A DNA stretch of 64,000 nucleotides from a virus (lineage: Duplodnaviria > Caudoviricetes), in IMG/VR virus record IMGVR_UViG_3300047159_000046. One strand, 5' to 3'. The translations under genes and the position numbers were made by a program. The notes under the pieces were generated by a model. That model searched no databases. It was given only the letters and a program-made list of their open reading frames with translations, and was not told the DNA's origin. Shown in pieces: positions 1-10,864 of this stretch (position 1 is the first letter of the stretch; every line of letters starts with the position of its first letter).

Positions 1-418
1 GTTTTTTCCAAATCTATCAATGATATTATTTCATCGCCTCTATCATAGGAGAAAAGATTTTCAGATATATCTGTTATTGAATAAAACATAGATACGTTAT
101 CTATATCCTCGCTAACTTTTTTTCCGTTACGCAAAAGAACTTCTTTATGACCATTTCCCAAATATTCGAATTCCAAAATAGCCATATCGTCATTTTCTAT
201 CGTATTATGATATTTTAGCATTACGTTATCTATTGCTATTCTTGTATCAAATACAAGGTTACATTCTCCCGTTATTGCGTTCATATACAATACGTTTGTA
301 TTTCCATCAACACTTCACTACATATAATGTATTTGTAAGCTGTTTCTTGATGTTCTGTGAAAAATCTGTTGCTGTTTTCATATTTACTTTTGTTTTTAGT
401 TTTGTTATTTATTTACAC

Positions 419-430
419 TTGCAAAGATAC
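419..430 (-). promoter_or_regulatory. Bacteroidota primary-sigma -7 promoter (TATCTTTG), representative of many copies
   Basis: Recurs upstream of many genes (~1610, 2166, 3493, 4832, 5157, 7706, 8121, 12762, 40843, 45688, 49768, 62872). Confidence 0.85.
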
Positions 431-539
431 AACTTTATTTTGATATACCAAACTATTTGCTGATTATTTTTACAAAAAAAATAGCCTACAATTTTTTTAC
501 AAATTGCAGACTATTCTAACCAAAAACTATTTTAAAACA

Positions 540-1562
540 TTAGTAAATAAATCGCACGCTTACAATATCAATATCATTTATTTCGCAAATAGTCGTTCTA
601 ATTTCATTTCCGTATTCACAAGACAACGTTCCCGAAACCGCTGATATGCCAGCCCAATGGATATCTTTATACGCACTAACAAAATGCTGTTTTGTCTTGA
701 CAATAATCTGAATAGGACACCCTTTTGTTGAAAGCAAATCATTCAGTTCGTCAAATAGAAAATTGTTGTCGTTGTCGTTTGCCCTCACTATACATTCTTC
801 TTTATCCTTGTTCATAAGGGTAACAATATCATATAGTTCATCAGTCCTATAATCTTTTGCGTTTATCGTCACCTTGTCTTGCAACTCAATATGATTAGGC
901 TGATATTCACATGGGAAGCCGCCACCTTTCTCCTTGTTGTTTTTATCTACCAAATAGATAGTTTCCGAGTCTACAATAAGGATGCTAAAATCATTTTCGT
1001 TCTCTATGTTCTCAAAACGCAAATAATCAACACTTTCACTCAATAACCATTTGTCTGTATTTACATTCCAAACGTTATAATAAACTTCGTTGTCCTTATT
1101 CTCCATTCTGATAGCATACAAATTTTTCCAATGATACATAATTGTACGTTCCTCTGAGCCATTCCAAAAAGGAATTACATTTGTATTTCCGTTGATATCT
1201 ACAATATCTCTTGTTTCGTCAAATCTTTCAATCTGATAGTAATTCTGTGAATTTGTGACCAACTGGAAAAAACATTCTCTTTTATGATTTTCAGTGACCA
1301 CCTCACTGCCTTTTAAAATCATATATCCATAAAGACCATCCAACTCTCTATCAATGATAGCCGCTTCGCCACTATTATACACAAATTTGATTTCCTCATC
1401 AGAGGCTTGGTCGTCATCAAAAACCAACTCTCCGTTTTGGGAATTTGTGTCCCTCATAAAAAACACATTATACTTGTTGTCTTTTTTTACCACTGCAAAG
1501 TGGTTAGATACAACCTTTGCGTTATCGAACGCTGCCAATGACTCAATGTTTTTTGTTTGCAT
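540..1562 (-). CDS. hypothetical phage protein (340 aa, beta-rich)
   Basis: Long ORF with own TATCTTTG promoter (~1610-1619) and downstream hairpin; no recognised motif. Confidence 0.8.
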   Translation of the reverse strand: MQTKNIESLAAFDNAKVVSNHFAVVKKDNKYNVFFMRDTNSQNGELVFDDDQASDEEIKFVYNSGEAAIIDRELDGLYGYMILKGSEVVTENHKRECFFQLVTNSQNYYQIERFDETRDIVDINGNTNVIPFWNGSEERTIMYHWKNLYAIRMENKDNEVYYNVWNVNTDKWLLSESVDYLRFENIENENDFSILIVDSETIYLVDKNNKEKGGGFPCEYQPNHIELQDKVTINAKDYRTDELYDIVTLMNKDKEECIVRANDNDNNFLFDELNDLLSTKGCPIQIIVKTKQHFVSAYKDIHWAGISAVSGTLSCEYGNEIRTTICEINDIDIVSVRFIY

Positions 1563-1962
1563 AACTCTATTTTTTTTAATTTAGTAATATTGTTTATTTC
1601 CTTTAACGCTACAAAGATACATCTTTTATTTTGAACTACCAAACTTTTTGCAGATTATTTTTGAATTATTTTATCCGACTTGATGGTATGTTCCTATCTT
1701 TGTTGATGCAAAGGTACAAACAAAATACGACAAAAGCAATAGCAAAAGTGTTAAAAAAAACATTGATCTTTTAACACTTTTTTCTTGTTTTTATCCAAAA
1801 TTTTCCGTAACTTTGTATGGTGCGCAATTTTGGAATGTTAATGAAAGTTAAAATCTGCAAAGAAAAATACCTCGAAAATTTAACGTTTTTTGTTTGGAAA
1901 AGTCCCGAAAATTTCGTAACTTTGCATGACACCCTAAACCGAACAAATTAACACTTTTTAAC

Positions 1963-2176
1963 TTTTTTAAAAAAGTGCGTGTTTTGTCTCCTTCTTCCCA
2001 GAATAGTAACTTTGTAACACCTATTCCGTATTGTTCGTCCGACTTTTTTATTTGTTCGGGTGTGATGCCTTCTCCCGAAATATCTTTGCCTTGTTGAGTG
2101 TGGCTTTTAGTTTATGTTGTGTTCATCTTATTTACGTTTTTAGTTTAACTTGTTTCCTTTAACACTACAAAGATAC
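1963..2176 (-). repeat. ~210-bp intergenic repeat copy 1 (promoter plus candidate sRNA)
   Basis: Strong similarity to 4957-5166; starts at a TATCTTTGTAG promoter; contains a TTCGGG..CCCGAA hairpin. Confidence 0.8.
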
Positions 2177-2267
2177 AATTTATTCTTGACAATACCAAAC
2201 ATAGGGACAAAAAAATAAGAACTATTTTCGTAGTTCTTATTTTCTTTATTGTTATATGTTTTGCTTG

Positions 2268-3458
2268 TTATTGCTCATCCTCAGTTTTGATAGTAGCTTT
2301 CAGACAATACATATCATTAAGTTCATCTATAATTGTCATAAACATACATTTTGAAGAACGTACCTCACAAACAATATCCACATATTTAGAGTTGATAAGT
2401 TCCAAAGTTTTTTGCACCCCTACATTCATTATACATTCATTTGTGTTGTCGTTTGTCCCACCGCACTCAATATTTGCGTTGAAAGATATTACGTCTTTGT
2501 CCTCGCACTCTCCGAAAAGTCTCAAAGTATGATTTTCAAAACGAAATATTTGTTTATCATATTCATAAATCATTTTGTTTTGTACCTTGATTTTGTTAAT
2601 CAAATCCGACTTGTCAATATGAGTGTATGTATTTGTATCGTCAATTTTTTTAGGGAAGAACGACAATACGTCTTGAATACCTCTCGCAATTAATTGTTTG
2701 TGTTCCAAATTTACAGAAACATTGTTTTTGTATAAAAAGGTGATAGAAAAATCGCTTTGATATTGCGCATCTTTTGCCGACACAGCACTGATATTTAAAC
2801 CAATACATTCTTTATTGTCTGCATACTCAATGATATTTTCAGTAACCTCTAATGGCAAGGCAAAATCGTTTTTCAGAATTGCGGTTTTGTTGTCAATAGT
2901 TGAAACATTCACATTCACAATTGTGTTGTCGTTTGTAGCCAATAATTGCAAAAGGTCATTATCATTCAGTACCACCATATCGGGATGGTTTATAAAGCGG
3001 TTGCTTTGTTGTAACGCTTTCGCTTTCTTGATACAGCCGACAAACGTATCTACAATCCACTTTCCATCCAAACTTAGCTGATTATCTGCAAATAGATATT
3101 TATTGACATCAAATTCGCCACACTGCATATCTGCATCAACATTGTTTTGATACAGACTCAAAACCCATGTTTGTTCTCCGTTTGAAACATACAGCTTGTC
3201 GTCACCCTTTGTTTCCAACATCAATTCATTATTGCTTGTCGTTTTGATTTTGTTCAGTTCCCGTGCGGATATTTGAACCTTGCCCTTGTCGTCCTCAATA
3301 TCTGCGGATATGGCTGAAAAACCATACCACAAATTCTCAATAACACATTTATTGTCGGTCTTGTTGCAACTCAATGCAATAATGTTATTTACTTTGTTGT
3401 CGGCTGAAAAAAGATTGACAACCTTTTTGAAATTTTCTACACTTACTTTTGCTTTCAT
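2268..3458 (-). CDS. divergent DNA sliding (beta) clamp-like protein
   Basis: 396 aa, LLATNDN motif aligns with ATD of the neighbouring clamp; tandem with 3621-4784. Confidence 0.55.
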   Translation of the reverse strand: MKAKVSVENFKKVVNLFSADNKVNNIIALSCNKTDNKCVIENLWYGFSAISADIEDDKGKVQISARELNKIKTTSNNELMLETKGDDKLYVSNGEQTWVLSLYQNNVDADMQCGEFDVNKYLFADNQLSLDGKWIVDTFVGCIKKAKALQQSNRFINHPDMVVLNDNDLLQLLATNDNTIVNVNVSTIDNKTAILKNDFALPLEVTENIIEYADNKECIGLNISAVSAKDAQYQSDFSITFLYKNNVSVNLEHKQLIARGIQDVLSFFPKKIDDTNTYTHIDKSDLINKIKVQNKMIYEYDKQIFRFENHTLRLFGECEDKDVISFNANIECGGTNDNTNECIMNVGVQKTLELINSKYVDIVCEVRSSKCMFMTIIDELNDMYCLKATIKTEDEQ

Positions 3459-3620
3459 AACTTTAACTTTTAATTTGGTTTTGTTTTACACTACAAAGAT
3501 ACAAATAATATTGATAACTGCAAACTTTTCACACAATTATTTTCAATTTATTTAAAAAAAAGCTATCAGCAACATAATAGTCACTGATAGCCTCAATTTT
3601 AAAAGGATATAAAAATATGA

Positions 3621-4784
3621 TTAATTTGCGTACTTGTTATTCAGATAGCAAGGCATCAACATTGCAAAATCTATCTTTTCACCCTCAATACATACGGCTC
3701 TGTTTGAATAGGACATATTCAATTTGATGTTTGATTTTTTAGGATATGAACTTACAATTTGATTTAATGCTTTCAAAGTGAAACGTATCTGATATTCTCC
3801 TATTTCATTGTTTAGAATAGGTACGTTTGTGGACTTTTGATTTTCATCCGCAATATTGCTGATTCTTAAATTGTTGTCTGCAATATCGAAAGTAAGTTGA
3901 TGGTCATCCAAATTTTTGTCGGTATATCCTTTTAATGCTTTCAAAAGCGCATCAACACTCAAAGTGATACTCTTTGTGTCGTCCTTTGGTATTACCAATT
4001 CCACGTTTGGAAAATGTTCGTTTGCATCAACAAGAATACTATATGATAACAATTCTGTTTCTCCGTCATAAATCGTGAACACAAAATTTTCTGTATCTCT
4101 TTTGTCCACTGCAATACGGCTAATTTCCATTCGGTCGTATTTGTCAAATTTGGTGATAAGTTTGCATACTTGATTAGGTATTGTTATTTCTTTGTAGTCC
4201 TCATCCAAAGAAACGCTCTCAATATCATTTATCGCCAACACATGGGCATCAGTGGCGGTCATCTTTATCTTTTCGTCCTTTGCTCTGAAAATATCAACAC
4301 AACACATTATAGGTCGGCTCATATCGTCCGAAACATACGAAGAAAAAAATGTTTTTATTTTGTCGCTCAATTCGGCATCTTTGATAGTACAAACACTTTG
4401 GCTGATTTTGTCCTCTGCCAATATTTTAAAATGATTGATGTTACCAATTTTTATCTGCATATTCTCTGATTCCATATCCAATATTTCATCATACATACGC
4501 ATATTAACTTCGGACTTGTTTGATAGAGCCGATACAAAATCATACAATGTATCAAAACCTATCACGGCATCCAAAATGTTTGAATTGGCATCCAACTCAC
4601 ATTTTGCCGTATTCAAGATATATCTTGCATTGTCTTTGCGGTCTTGCAAACGACAAACGCCATCTTTGTCTATAATCAGTTCACATTCTTTTGCCTCTTT
4701 GTTATTGTTGTCTTTCAACACAATATTCAAAGATTTTACTGCGCTTTTCAACTCCTTTGAAGAAATTTTTACACTTGTTGTCAT
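3621..4784 (-). CDS. dnaN: DNA polymerase III beta sliding clamp
   Basis: DDMSRPIMCCV, MTATDAHVLA, FPNVELVIP and C-terminal LMP motifs typical of DnaN; 387 aa. Confidence 0.85.
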   Translation of the reverse strand: MTTSVKISSKELKSAVKSLNIVLKDNNNKEAKECELIIDKDGVCRLQDRKDNARYILNTAKCELDANSNILDAVIGFDTLYDFVSALSNKSEVNMRMYDEILDMESENMQIKIGNINHFKILAEDKISQSVCTIKDAELSDKIKTFFSSYVSDDMSRPIMCCVDIFRAKDEKIKMTATDAHVLAINDIESVSLDEDYKEITIPNQVCKLITKFDKYDRMEISRIAVDKRDTENFVFTIYDGETELLSYSILVDANEHFPNVELVIPKDDTKSITLSVDALLKALKGYTDKNLDDHQLTFDIADNNLRISNIADENQKSTNVPILNNEIGEYQIRFTLKALNQIVSSYPKKSNIKLNMSYSNRAVCIEGEKIDFAMLMPCYLNNKYAN

Positions 4785-4956
4785 AACTTTTTTATTTAGT
4801 TTATAATGTTTATTTGTTGTCTTTCAACACAGCAAAGATACATATAATTTTTGATATACCAAACTATTTGCTGATTTTTTTTGAATTAAAATGAAAAAAT
4901 AAAGTTTTCAACAATTAATAAAATTTAACTTAAAAAACTTGCATTGTTCATAACAA

Positions 4957-5166
4957 TTTTTTAAAAAAGTGCGTGTGTTGTCTTCTCCTTCCCAGCATGA
5001 TAACTTTATAACACTCATGACGTATCGTTCTACCACCTTTTTGTTTGTTCGGGTGTGATGCCGTTTCCCGAAATATCTTTGCCTTTTTGTGTGGCTGTTA
5101 GTTTATGTTGTGTTCATATCGTTTGTGTTTTTAGTTTAACTTGTTTCCTTTAACACTACAAAGATA
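4957..5166 (-). repeat. ~210-bp intergenic repeat copy 2 (promoter plus candidate sRNA)
   Basis: Paralogue of 1963-2176. Confidence 0.8.
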
Positions 5167-5284
5167 CGCATAAATTTATACACTTCCAAATCTTTTGCAG
5201 ATTATTTTCAAGAATATTTTAAACACAAAAAAGCGTACGACTTTCACAAGCCATACGCTCCCGTAATTAAAACAACAAACTAAA

Positions 5285-5635
5285 CTAAAAATCAAAAGCT
5301 ATGTATTTTTCGGCAATTTCTGCTTCCCGTATTGTTTCTTTGTCGCAATTAAGGAACATATCATTGTCGGAAGGTGCAATCTGTCTGTAAAAGTCAATCA
5401 GAGCGTTGTCATTGTCGTAATCTACTATCACGTCATACATATCAACACTTGATATATCAACTCCGTCCGCCACGGCATACTCGATGAGGCTTTCTATGTA
5501 TCTATCAAAAAAGCGTTTTGTCTTTTCTGCATCTATGTTCAAAGTGTTTCTATAATCAGAAACGTCCAATGAATTGATAACGACCTCTCTCCGTAATTGT
5601 TTCAATTCTGCCGATGTCATATTTCTTTTTGCCAT
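5285..5635 (-). CDS. hypothetical protein
   Basis: ORF in co-oriented block, terminator hairpin downstream (~5228-5260). Confidence 0.75.
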   Translation of the reverse strand: MAKRNMTSAELKQLRREVVINSLDVSDYRNTLNIDAEKTKRFFDRYIESLIEYAVADGVDISSVDMYDVIVDYDNDNALIDFYRQIAPSDNDMFLNCDKETIREAEIAEKYIAFDF

Positions 5636-5679
5636 AATGATAATGTTTTTTGTATGTATTCTAAATTTATTGTTGTCGC

Positions 5680-5710
5680 ACCCGTATATGTACGGGTACT
5701 GAAATTAGTA
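5680..5710. repeat. dispersed double-palindrome element ACCCGTA..TACGGGTACTGA(A/T)nTAGTA, copy 1 of 5
   Basis: Related copies at ~8797, 9994, 10747 and 11739. Confidence 0.7.
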
Positions 5711-5712
5711 TG

Positions 5713-6189
5713 TTATAATATATCTGAGGGTTGCATTTCGTTCATCACAATAATCTTTGCAAATAGCTGTTTTGTCTTAACAAGCGTGATATCCTTTTGA
5801 TAAAATACATACCTATCTTTGATAGTGTAAACCTTGTCTCCGATATGTACCGCAAAACGGGTGAGGAAATCTTTGCCTTTTGAGGTTTCTATATTGTCTA
5901 TTTTGCCACAAATAGCCATCCAATCCTTGTCGGCTAATGAGGTGATTTTGATATAGTTTCCACACTCGCCACCCCTTGGCGCATCATTTCCCGTTTCGTA
6001 CTTGATATTCATTTCTTGCAATAAGGACAAATACTTGTTGGTATTGTTGATATTGCGTGAGTGTCTGCCATTGTGTCGGCATGATACGGGACGGAATATC
6101 CCGTTTGACAAACCAAGCACCCAATTATGGATATCTTGATATACGTTGTCGTTTTTGGTGATGTGCAACTTCTTTGCTGCATCAATCAT
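5713..6189 (-). CDS. hypothetical phage protein
   Basis: ORF with GNDAPRGG..GNYIKI motif; function not recognised. Confidence 0.75.
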   Translation of the reverse strand: MIDAAKKLHITKNDNVYQDIHNWVLGLSNGIFRPVSCRHNGRHSRNINNTNKYLSLLQEMNIKYETGNDAPRGGECGNYIKITSLADKDWMAICGKIDNIETSKGKDFLTRFAVHIGDKVYTIKDRYVFYQKDITLVKTKQLFAKIIVMNEMQPSDIL

Positions 6190-6717
6190 TTTCTGCTCTA
6201 GTTCTTGTTTTTTATTTACACTGATACGAATTATTTTTGATGCCGTTTAATAGTCACTTTGATAGAGTATGAACCATCGTCCTCGTTCAAAGCTATTTGT
6301 TTTGCACCATTCTCCTTTGGCAATCTGAATACTTGCTCCGTTAATGTATTGTCAAAATAGTCTTCTAAGGTGGAGAAAGGTATTAGCTCCTCATCCGCAT
6401 TGACTAAGAATTGTTTTTGATTATCACTGATTTACATTTGAATTTTGCCAATACTTTTTGAGATTCTGCCTCAATCTCAATCAGACAGCACTCATTGTTG
6501 AATATCTTAATAAATCTGAACTCTCCATTTTCATGCTTGTAGAAGAAATAACAAGGTGTAACATAATCTACGTTTTCGTCAAACACATATTCAATAATAG
6601 TTATTTCTTTTTTAATCTGCAAATAATATCATTGATTTTTTTCCGAAAGCCTATTGTGCGTTTTTTAACATTTGTTCACACAATACACATCCAAAAAAAA
6701 GGATGACCACATTTCTG

Positions 6718-6856
6718 TGACCATCCCTTCAAACAACTTTTAAACTATTAAAACATTAAATGGCAATTATATTGTGCGTTTTTTTTTGTTTACCAAGACT
6801 TGACCATCCCTTCAAACAACTTTTAAACTATTAAAACATTAAATGGCAATTATATT
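6718..6856. repeat. 56-bp direct repeat (6718-6773, 6801-6856)
   Basis: Duplicates the 3' end of the 6831 gene and half of its terminator. Confidence 0.85.
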
Positions 6857-7661
6857 TTTTCAGTTCGTCTATATGACCTACAAATAGTGGCAATAAGTAG
6901 CGTTCCCAAATAGTCCTCAAATAGTGAGAAAGCAAGTCTATATTATGAAATTCATCCTCTGTATAGCTATATGTATAGTTATTAATCAAACTCTCTGCAT
7001 TCAACTTAAAATTCTCTGGGTCGTGACAAATTGCTGTATACAAAGCATCAATAACACAATCTCTAATATCCTCCAAAGAACTATCAATGGTTATATTTTC
7101 GTTGTCGTGAATATCGACTGCATATCTTTGCAGATAGTTCTTTCCTACCTTTGTCAAGAACTCAGATATGTTGTCTCTGTATTCCTCATCCGATACGACT
7201 GATAGTGCCAAATCAAGTGCCTCACAATCCTCATCAGATAAATTGTCGCATTTGCCTTTTGAAATAATAACATGATTTTCATCGCTGTTATCCATGTAAT
7301 ATTTGTCGGTCAGTCCCTCTCTTACTTTTCCACTTTCGATAAGTCGTAGTTTGTCATCATATAGGGTGAACATATCACTTTGTTCCACTACAACATATTT
7401 TTTATTGGGACTGCAAACAATTTTCCATGCACTCATACATTTGACGCACTCCAATTCTTCCTTGGCATCTTTTCGATAATAGAAAAGCGCATCACAAACG
7501 CCGTCATGGGCAATAACCCACTTGTCGCTGTAAGCAACAATTCCTCGAACCCAATTGGGCATCATTATTTTATTGGCATCATACAACATATTGTATACTC
7601 TGCCCTCGAACTCGCTTAGTTTGGAAATTACTTCCACTTTTGTTAAATCAATTGTCTCCAT
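6831..7661 (-). CDS. hypothetical protein (start probably METIDL)
   Basis: Promoter at ~7706-7716 lies inside the longer ORF call, favouring ATG 7661. Confidence 0.75.
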   Translation of the reverse strand: METIDLTKVEVISKLSEFEGRVYNMLYDANKIMMPNWVRGIVAYSDKWVIAHDGVCDALFYYRKDAKEELECVKCMSAWKIVCSPNKKYVVVEQSDMFTLYDDKLRLIESGKVREGLTDKYYMDNSDENHVIISKGKCDNLSDEDCEALDLALSVVSDEEYRDNISEFLTKVGKNYLQRYAVDIHDNENITIDSSLEDIRDCVIDALYTAICHDPENFKLNAESLINNYTYSYTEDEFHNIDLLSHYLRTIWERYLLPLFVGHIDELKKYNCHLMF

Positions 7662-7726
7662 TTTACTTTTGTTTTTAGTTTTTTTATTCTTGTTTCCTTT
7701 AACGCTACAAAGATACAACTTTATTT

Positions 7727-8092
7727 TTAATTCTCCAAATTTTTATTCAATTTTTTTATTCTTTGCTGATATTCTTCCCAACCTTTTACATTGGCGACTT
7801 TTAAGGTCACCTCTCTTTTGAACATATCTCCCTCTCTTGAAACTATAGATAGGTAGATGGTTATTTCAAATTTCTCTCTGTCTTGTCTGAAAGGATTTTC
7901 AGATACAAACGCATCAATGAACTCAGATACATTATACATGGGAATCATTGTCTCCAATGTATTCAGAGGACTTGCTAAAAATAATTCTGCATTTGCTTTT
8001 GTTGGGGTGCTCTCCGTATAAATGATTGAGCCTTTACATTCAGCAATAATGTTTTTTAGCTCGCTTTCGGTAATTCTCATTTGTTGTGTCAT
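7727..8092 (-). CDS. hypothetical protein
   Basis: ORF with own promoter (~8121-8131). Confidence 0.75.
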   Translation of the reverse strand: MTQQMRITESELKNIIAECKGSIIYTESTPTKANAELFLASPLNTLETMIPMYNVSEFIDAFVSENPFRQDREKFEITIYLSIVSREGDMFKREVTLKVANVKGWEEYQQRIKKLNKNLEN

Positions 8093-8249
8093 AATTGATA
8101 ATGTTTAATTGTTTTACACTTGCAAAGATACATATAATTTTTGAACTGCCAAACTTTTTGCCGATTTTTTTACAAAAAAAATAGCCGACTTTCGCAAGCC
8201 AGCTATTTTCCAACTAAATCAAAAGTTATGAAAAAAAATCTTTTCTATA

Positions 8250-8717
8250 TCAATAATTTGCGCCATACACCTCATCCACAAGATGCAACAGCGTATCATT
8301 CTTTTTGATGCTTGTTATAAGCAGATACATTATTACAATGTAGTCGTAATCGGGTCGGTTCTTTTGCCATAATGACTCTATCAATATATCATCATTCTTG
8401 ACTCCGAAAGCTGCCCCCAAATGTTTCTCTATCAGCTCCTCCTTTTCTTTGTCTCCAATGCGGTTGAGAATATAGTCTGCGGTAGAACATACGATATCAT
8501 AATCGAACTTGATATCATTGTTGTCTACATCTATCTCAACCGAACATATATGCTCCTTGTTGATGCTCTCCACCCAAATGCGGTCGGATGCCATTTTCAT
8601 GCTTGTCGCATCTTCCAAGAATATCTCAAGCTCATTAAAATCAGATATTCCCGTTTCTATTGCCAAGTCCTCAATAAGGTTCTTGCACTTTGTCTCATCA
8701 AAATTTGTCTTGTTCAT
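8250..8717 (-). CDS. hypothetical protein
   Basis: ORF with own promoter and terminator (AAAATAGC..GCTATTTT, ~8178-8209). Confidence 0.75.
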   Translation of the reverse strand: MNKTNFDETKCKNLIEDLAIETGISDFNELEIFLEDATSMKMASDRIWVESINKEHICSVEIDVDNNDIKFDYDIVCSTADYILNRIGDKEKEELIEKHLGAAFGVKNDDILIESLWQKNRPDYDYIVIMYLLITSIKKNDTLLHLVDEVYGANY

Positions 8718-8925
8718 AATATTGCTGTTTTGTTTTGTTGGGACAAAGATACATCAAAGATTTCAATTATCCAAATAATTTTTCAATTTTTTTTACACCC
8801 GTATATACGGATACTGATTTTGGTATTGGAGACTATACACACAAATGCGCCGAAACTTCACAGCCTCGGCGCATTCAACCAATTAAAAATTATCAAAAAA
8901 ATATATACAATAAAATTTACAAGAC

Positions 8926-9297
8926 TCAAATCTGAATTGAATATTTTTCAAGTTTAACAGCGACAGTGACATCAACCACTTTCTTGTCAAGCATACCGAG
9001 TCTGTACGCTCCCTCTTCCTCTGCTGATATCTTCTTTCCGTTCTCGTCTGAAAGATATTCGGCAACATAGCATCTTTCCGCCTTGTCGTACTTCCACCAA
9101 AAAGAGAATTTGTTTCCCGTCTGTTCTGAAAGTTTGCGCTCGCACTCTTCAAGGCACTCGCTCACTTTCTTTGACTTGTTGTCAAATACCATGTTCTGAC
9201 GTTTCATGTAACTGCCAGACTTCTGCAAGCCAGCATAAGCCAGTTTCACTCCTCCCATCGCCATCACTGCGGGAACGTACAATTGCTTGTTTACCAT
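8926..9297 (-). CDS. hypothetical protein
   Basis: ORF, promoter ~9368-9377. Confidence 0.7.
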   Translation of the reverse strand: MVNKQLYVPAVMAMGGVKLAYAGLQKSGSYMKRQNMVFDNKSKKVSECLEECERKLSEQTGNKFSFWWKYDKAERCYVAEYLSDENGKKISAEEEGAYRLGMLDKKVVDVTVAVKLEKYSIQI

Positions 9298-9402
9298 ATT
9301 GCCTAAATATTACTCCTAAGGTGATTTGTATAAGGGCTTCACCTTTTGTCCCTGCCTCATCAGCGATACAAAGATACGCCAAATATTTGAACTATCCAAA
9401 TA

Positions 9403-9912
9403 TTATTGCAGTTTTTTCATATTTATTTTTTCCTTTATTCTGAAACTAAGGTTTTTGTAGCCGTAATTCCACAAGGGAAACCTCATATATATATAGTGGG
9501 CATCAAGTATCTCCCTTGCCACCTTGTCGTATCTGTTCAACGGCGTTTTATATATGTAAAAATAGAAACCTCCGAGATGGTTATATACGTCTGCGTTGAA
9601 TTCTATCGGCTGTCCACAGTCTGTCCGCATATACACTGGAACATACTCCCGTTCCGTTCCGTAGTCCATTTCGGAGCACACAATCATTGAGCCAGTATAT
9701 ACCGATACCTTGATGCTGCTGTCCTGTCCCATCATGACGGTCATTGTATATCCGTCTTTGTCCAGCTCGGCTATTCTGACCGCCCTCGCACTTCCTGCGT
9801 CACGCTCCATATAATATCCCCATTCCTGTATTCCTGAATTGGCGGATATATATCCTCCGACAAGCAGGAACAGAAAGGTGACAATGATCGTGACAAATGT
9901 TTTGTTCTTCAT
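9403..9912 (-). CDS. secreted/membrane-anchored hypothetical protein
   Basis: Basic N-terminus plus hydrophobic stretch (signal-peptide-like). Confidence 0.75.
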   Translation of the reverse strand: MKNKTFVTIIVTFLFLLVGGYISANSGIQEWGYYMERDAGSARAVRIAELDKDGYTMTVMMGQDSSIKVSVYTGSMIVCSEMDYGTEREYVPVYMRTDCGQPIEFNADVYNHLGGFYFYIYKTPLNRYDKVAREILDAHYIYMRFPLWNYGYKNLSFRIKEKINMKKLQ

Positions 9913-10153
9913 ATATGATTCTTATTTTTGTTGGCAAATATAAATGTTCTTTCTTTCAAATCCAAACAATTCTGCTGATAATTTCGTTTTTGCACTCGTA
10001 TTAACGGGTACTGATATCAGTATATATATAATGTATGGTCACAATAAAGCCTCACCACTTGAGCAAAAGTGTGATGAGGCCTCAACTACTATTATATTAC
10101 ATAAAACATCAAAAGCCAATTAGTTTTTACGGCTGTGACCATATTAGTTTTTA

Positions 10154-10720
10154 TCACGCACCATACTTCTTGTACTTGTATTTATTGTTGTAGGCGTCAT
10201 GGAACAGACGTACCAGCAGCTGCAGATCGTAGTTGGAATAGTCCGTTTCCATATTCATTGTACATATCATCTTGTCTCCGCTGTCCATCAGGATAACCGA
10301 CTGGTCCCCGTCATAGACAATCTTGGATATCTGTTCTCCGTGATACTTCTCCTCCCTGTCCAGTTTCATCTCCGTGCATATATTAAGCTGTCTGGCCAGT
10401 TCGATGACAATAAGGAATCCAGCCATCTGGCGTTCCTCTGGAAAATTGTCGTCGTCTTTTGACGTTTCGTCTATACGCTCTATCAGATCCTCGTCATAAC
10501 TGTTCAGATTGGAATGGGTGAACAGTGTCTTCGGAGTCATCCTGGTAAAGAAATTGAAATAGTATACGGTCACCACGGTCATGATAGCCACTCCCATTAT
10601 AAGGCATGTGTTCTCATCCAGATCTGTAAGATATCTGAACTTGGAATTTACCGCCACTGTATATCCTATCATCAGGAGCAGAATGAACGTTATTATATGT
10701 TGTATTATTGATTTCAGCAT
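10154..10720 (-). CDS. membrane protein (2 N-terminal TM helices)
   Basis: Two hydrophobic segments then soluble domain. Confidence 0.75.
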   Translation of the reverse strand: MLKSIIQHIITFILLLMIGYTVAVNSKFRYLTDLDENTCLIMGVAIMTVVTVYYFNFFTRMTPKTLFTHSNLNSYDEDLIERIDETSKDDDNFPEERQMAGFLIVIELARQLNICTEMKLDREEKYHGEQISKIVYDGDQSVILMDSGDKMICTMNMETDYSNYDLQLLVRLFHDAYNNKYKYKKYGA

Positions 10721-10864
10721 AATCGTTGTGTTGTGTTTATAAATTGCGTACGTGTAATGCGGGTACTGAATTTAGTATCTGCACGATTGCATGTCGCACT
10801 TCGTTTTTATGGCTTATCCCGATTGACACCATGGCTATAATGGCCTGTGCCATGATGATCTGTT

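Noticed and set aside
6718-6856. Mini-CRISPR (repeat-spacer-repeat)
   Set aside because: The repeat is the 3' end of a CDS plus half a terminator; the spacer is a T-run
10009-10022. LexA box
   Set aside because: TACTG/CAGTA half-sites are only 4 nt apart, not the CTGT-N8-ACAG spacing
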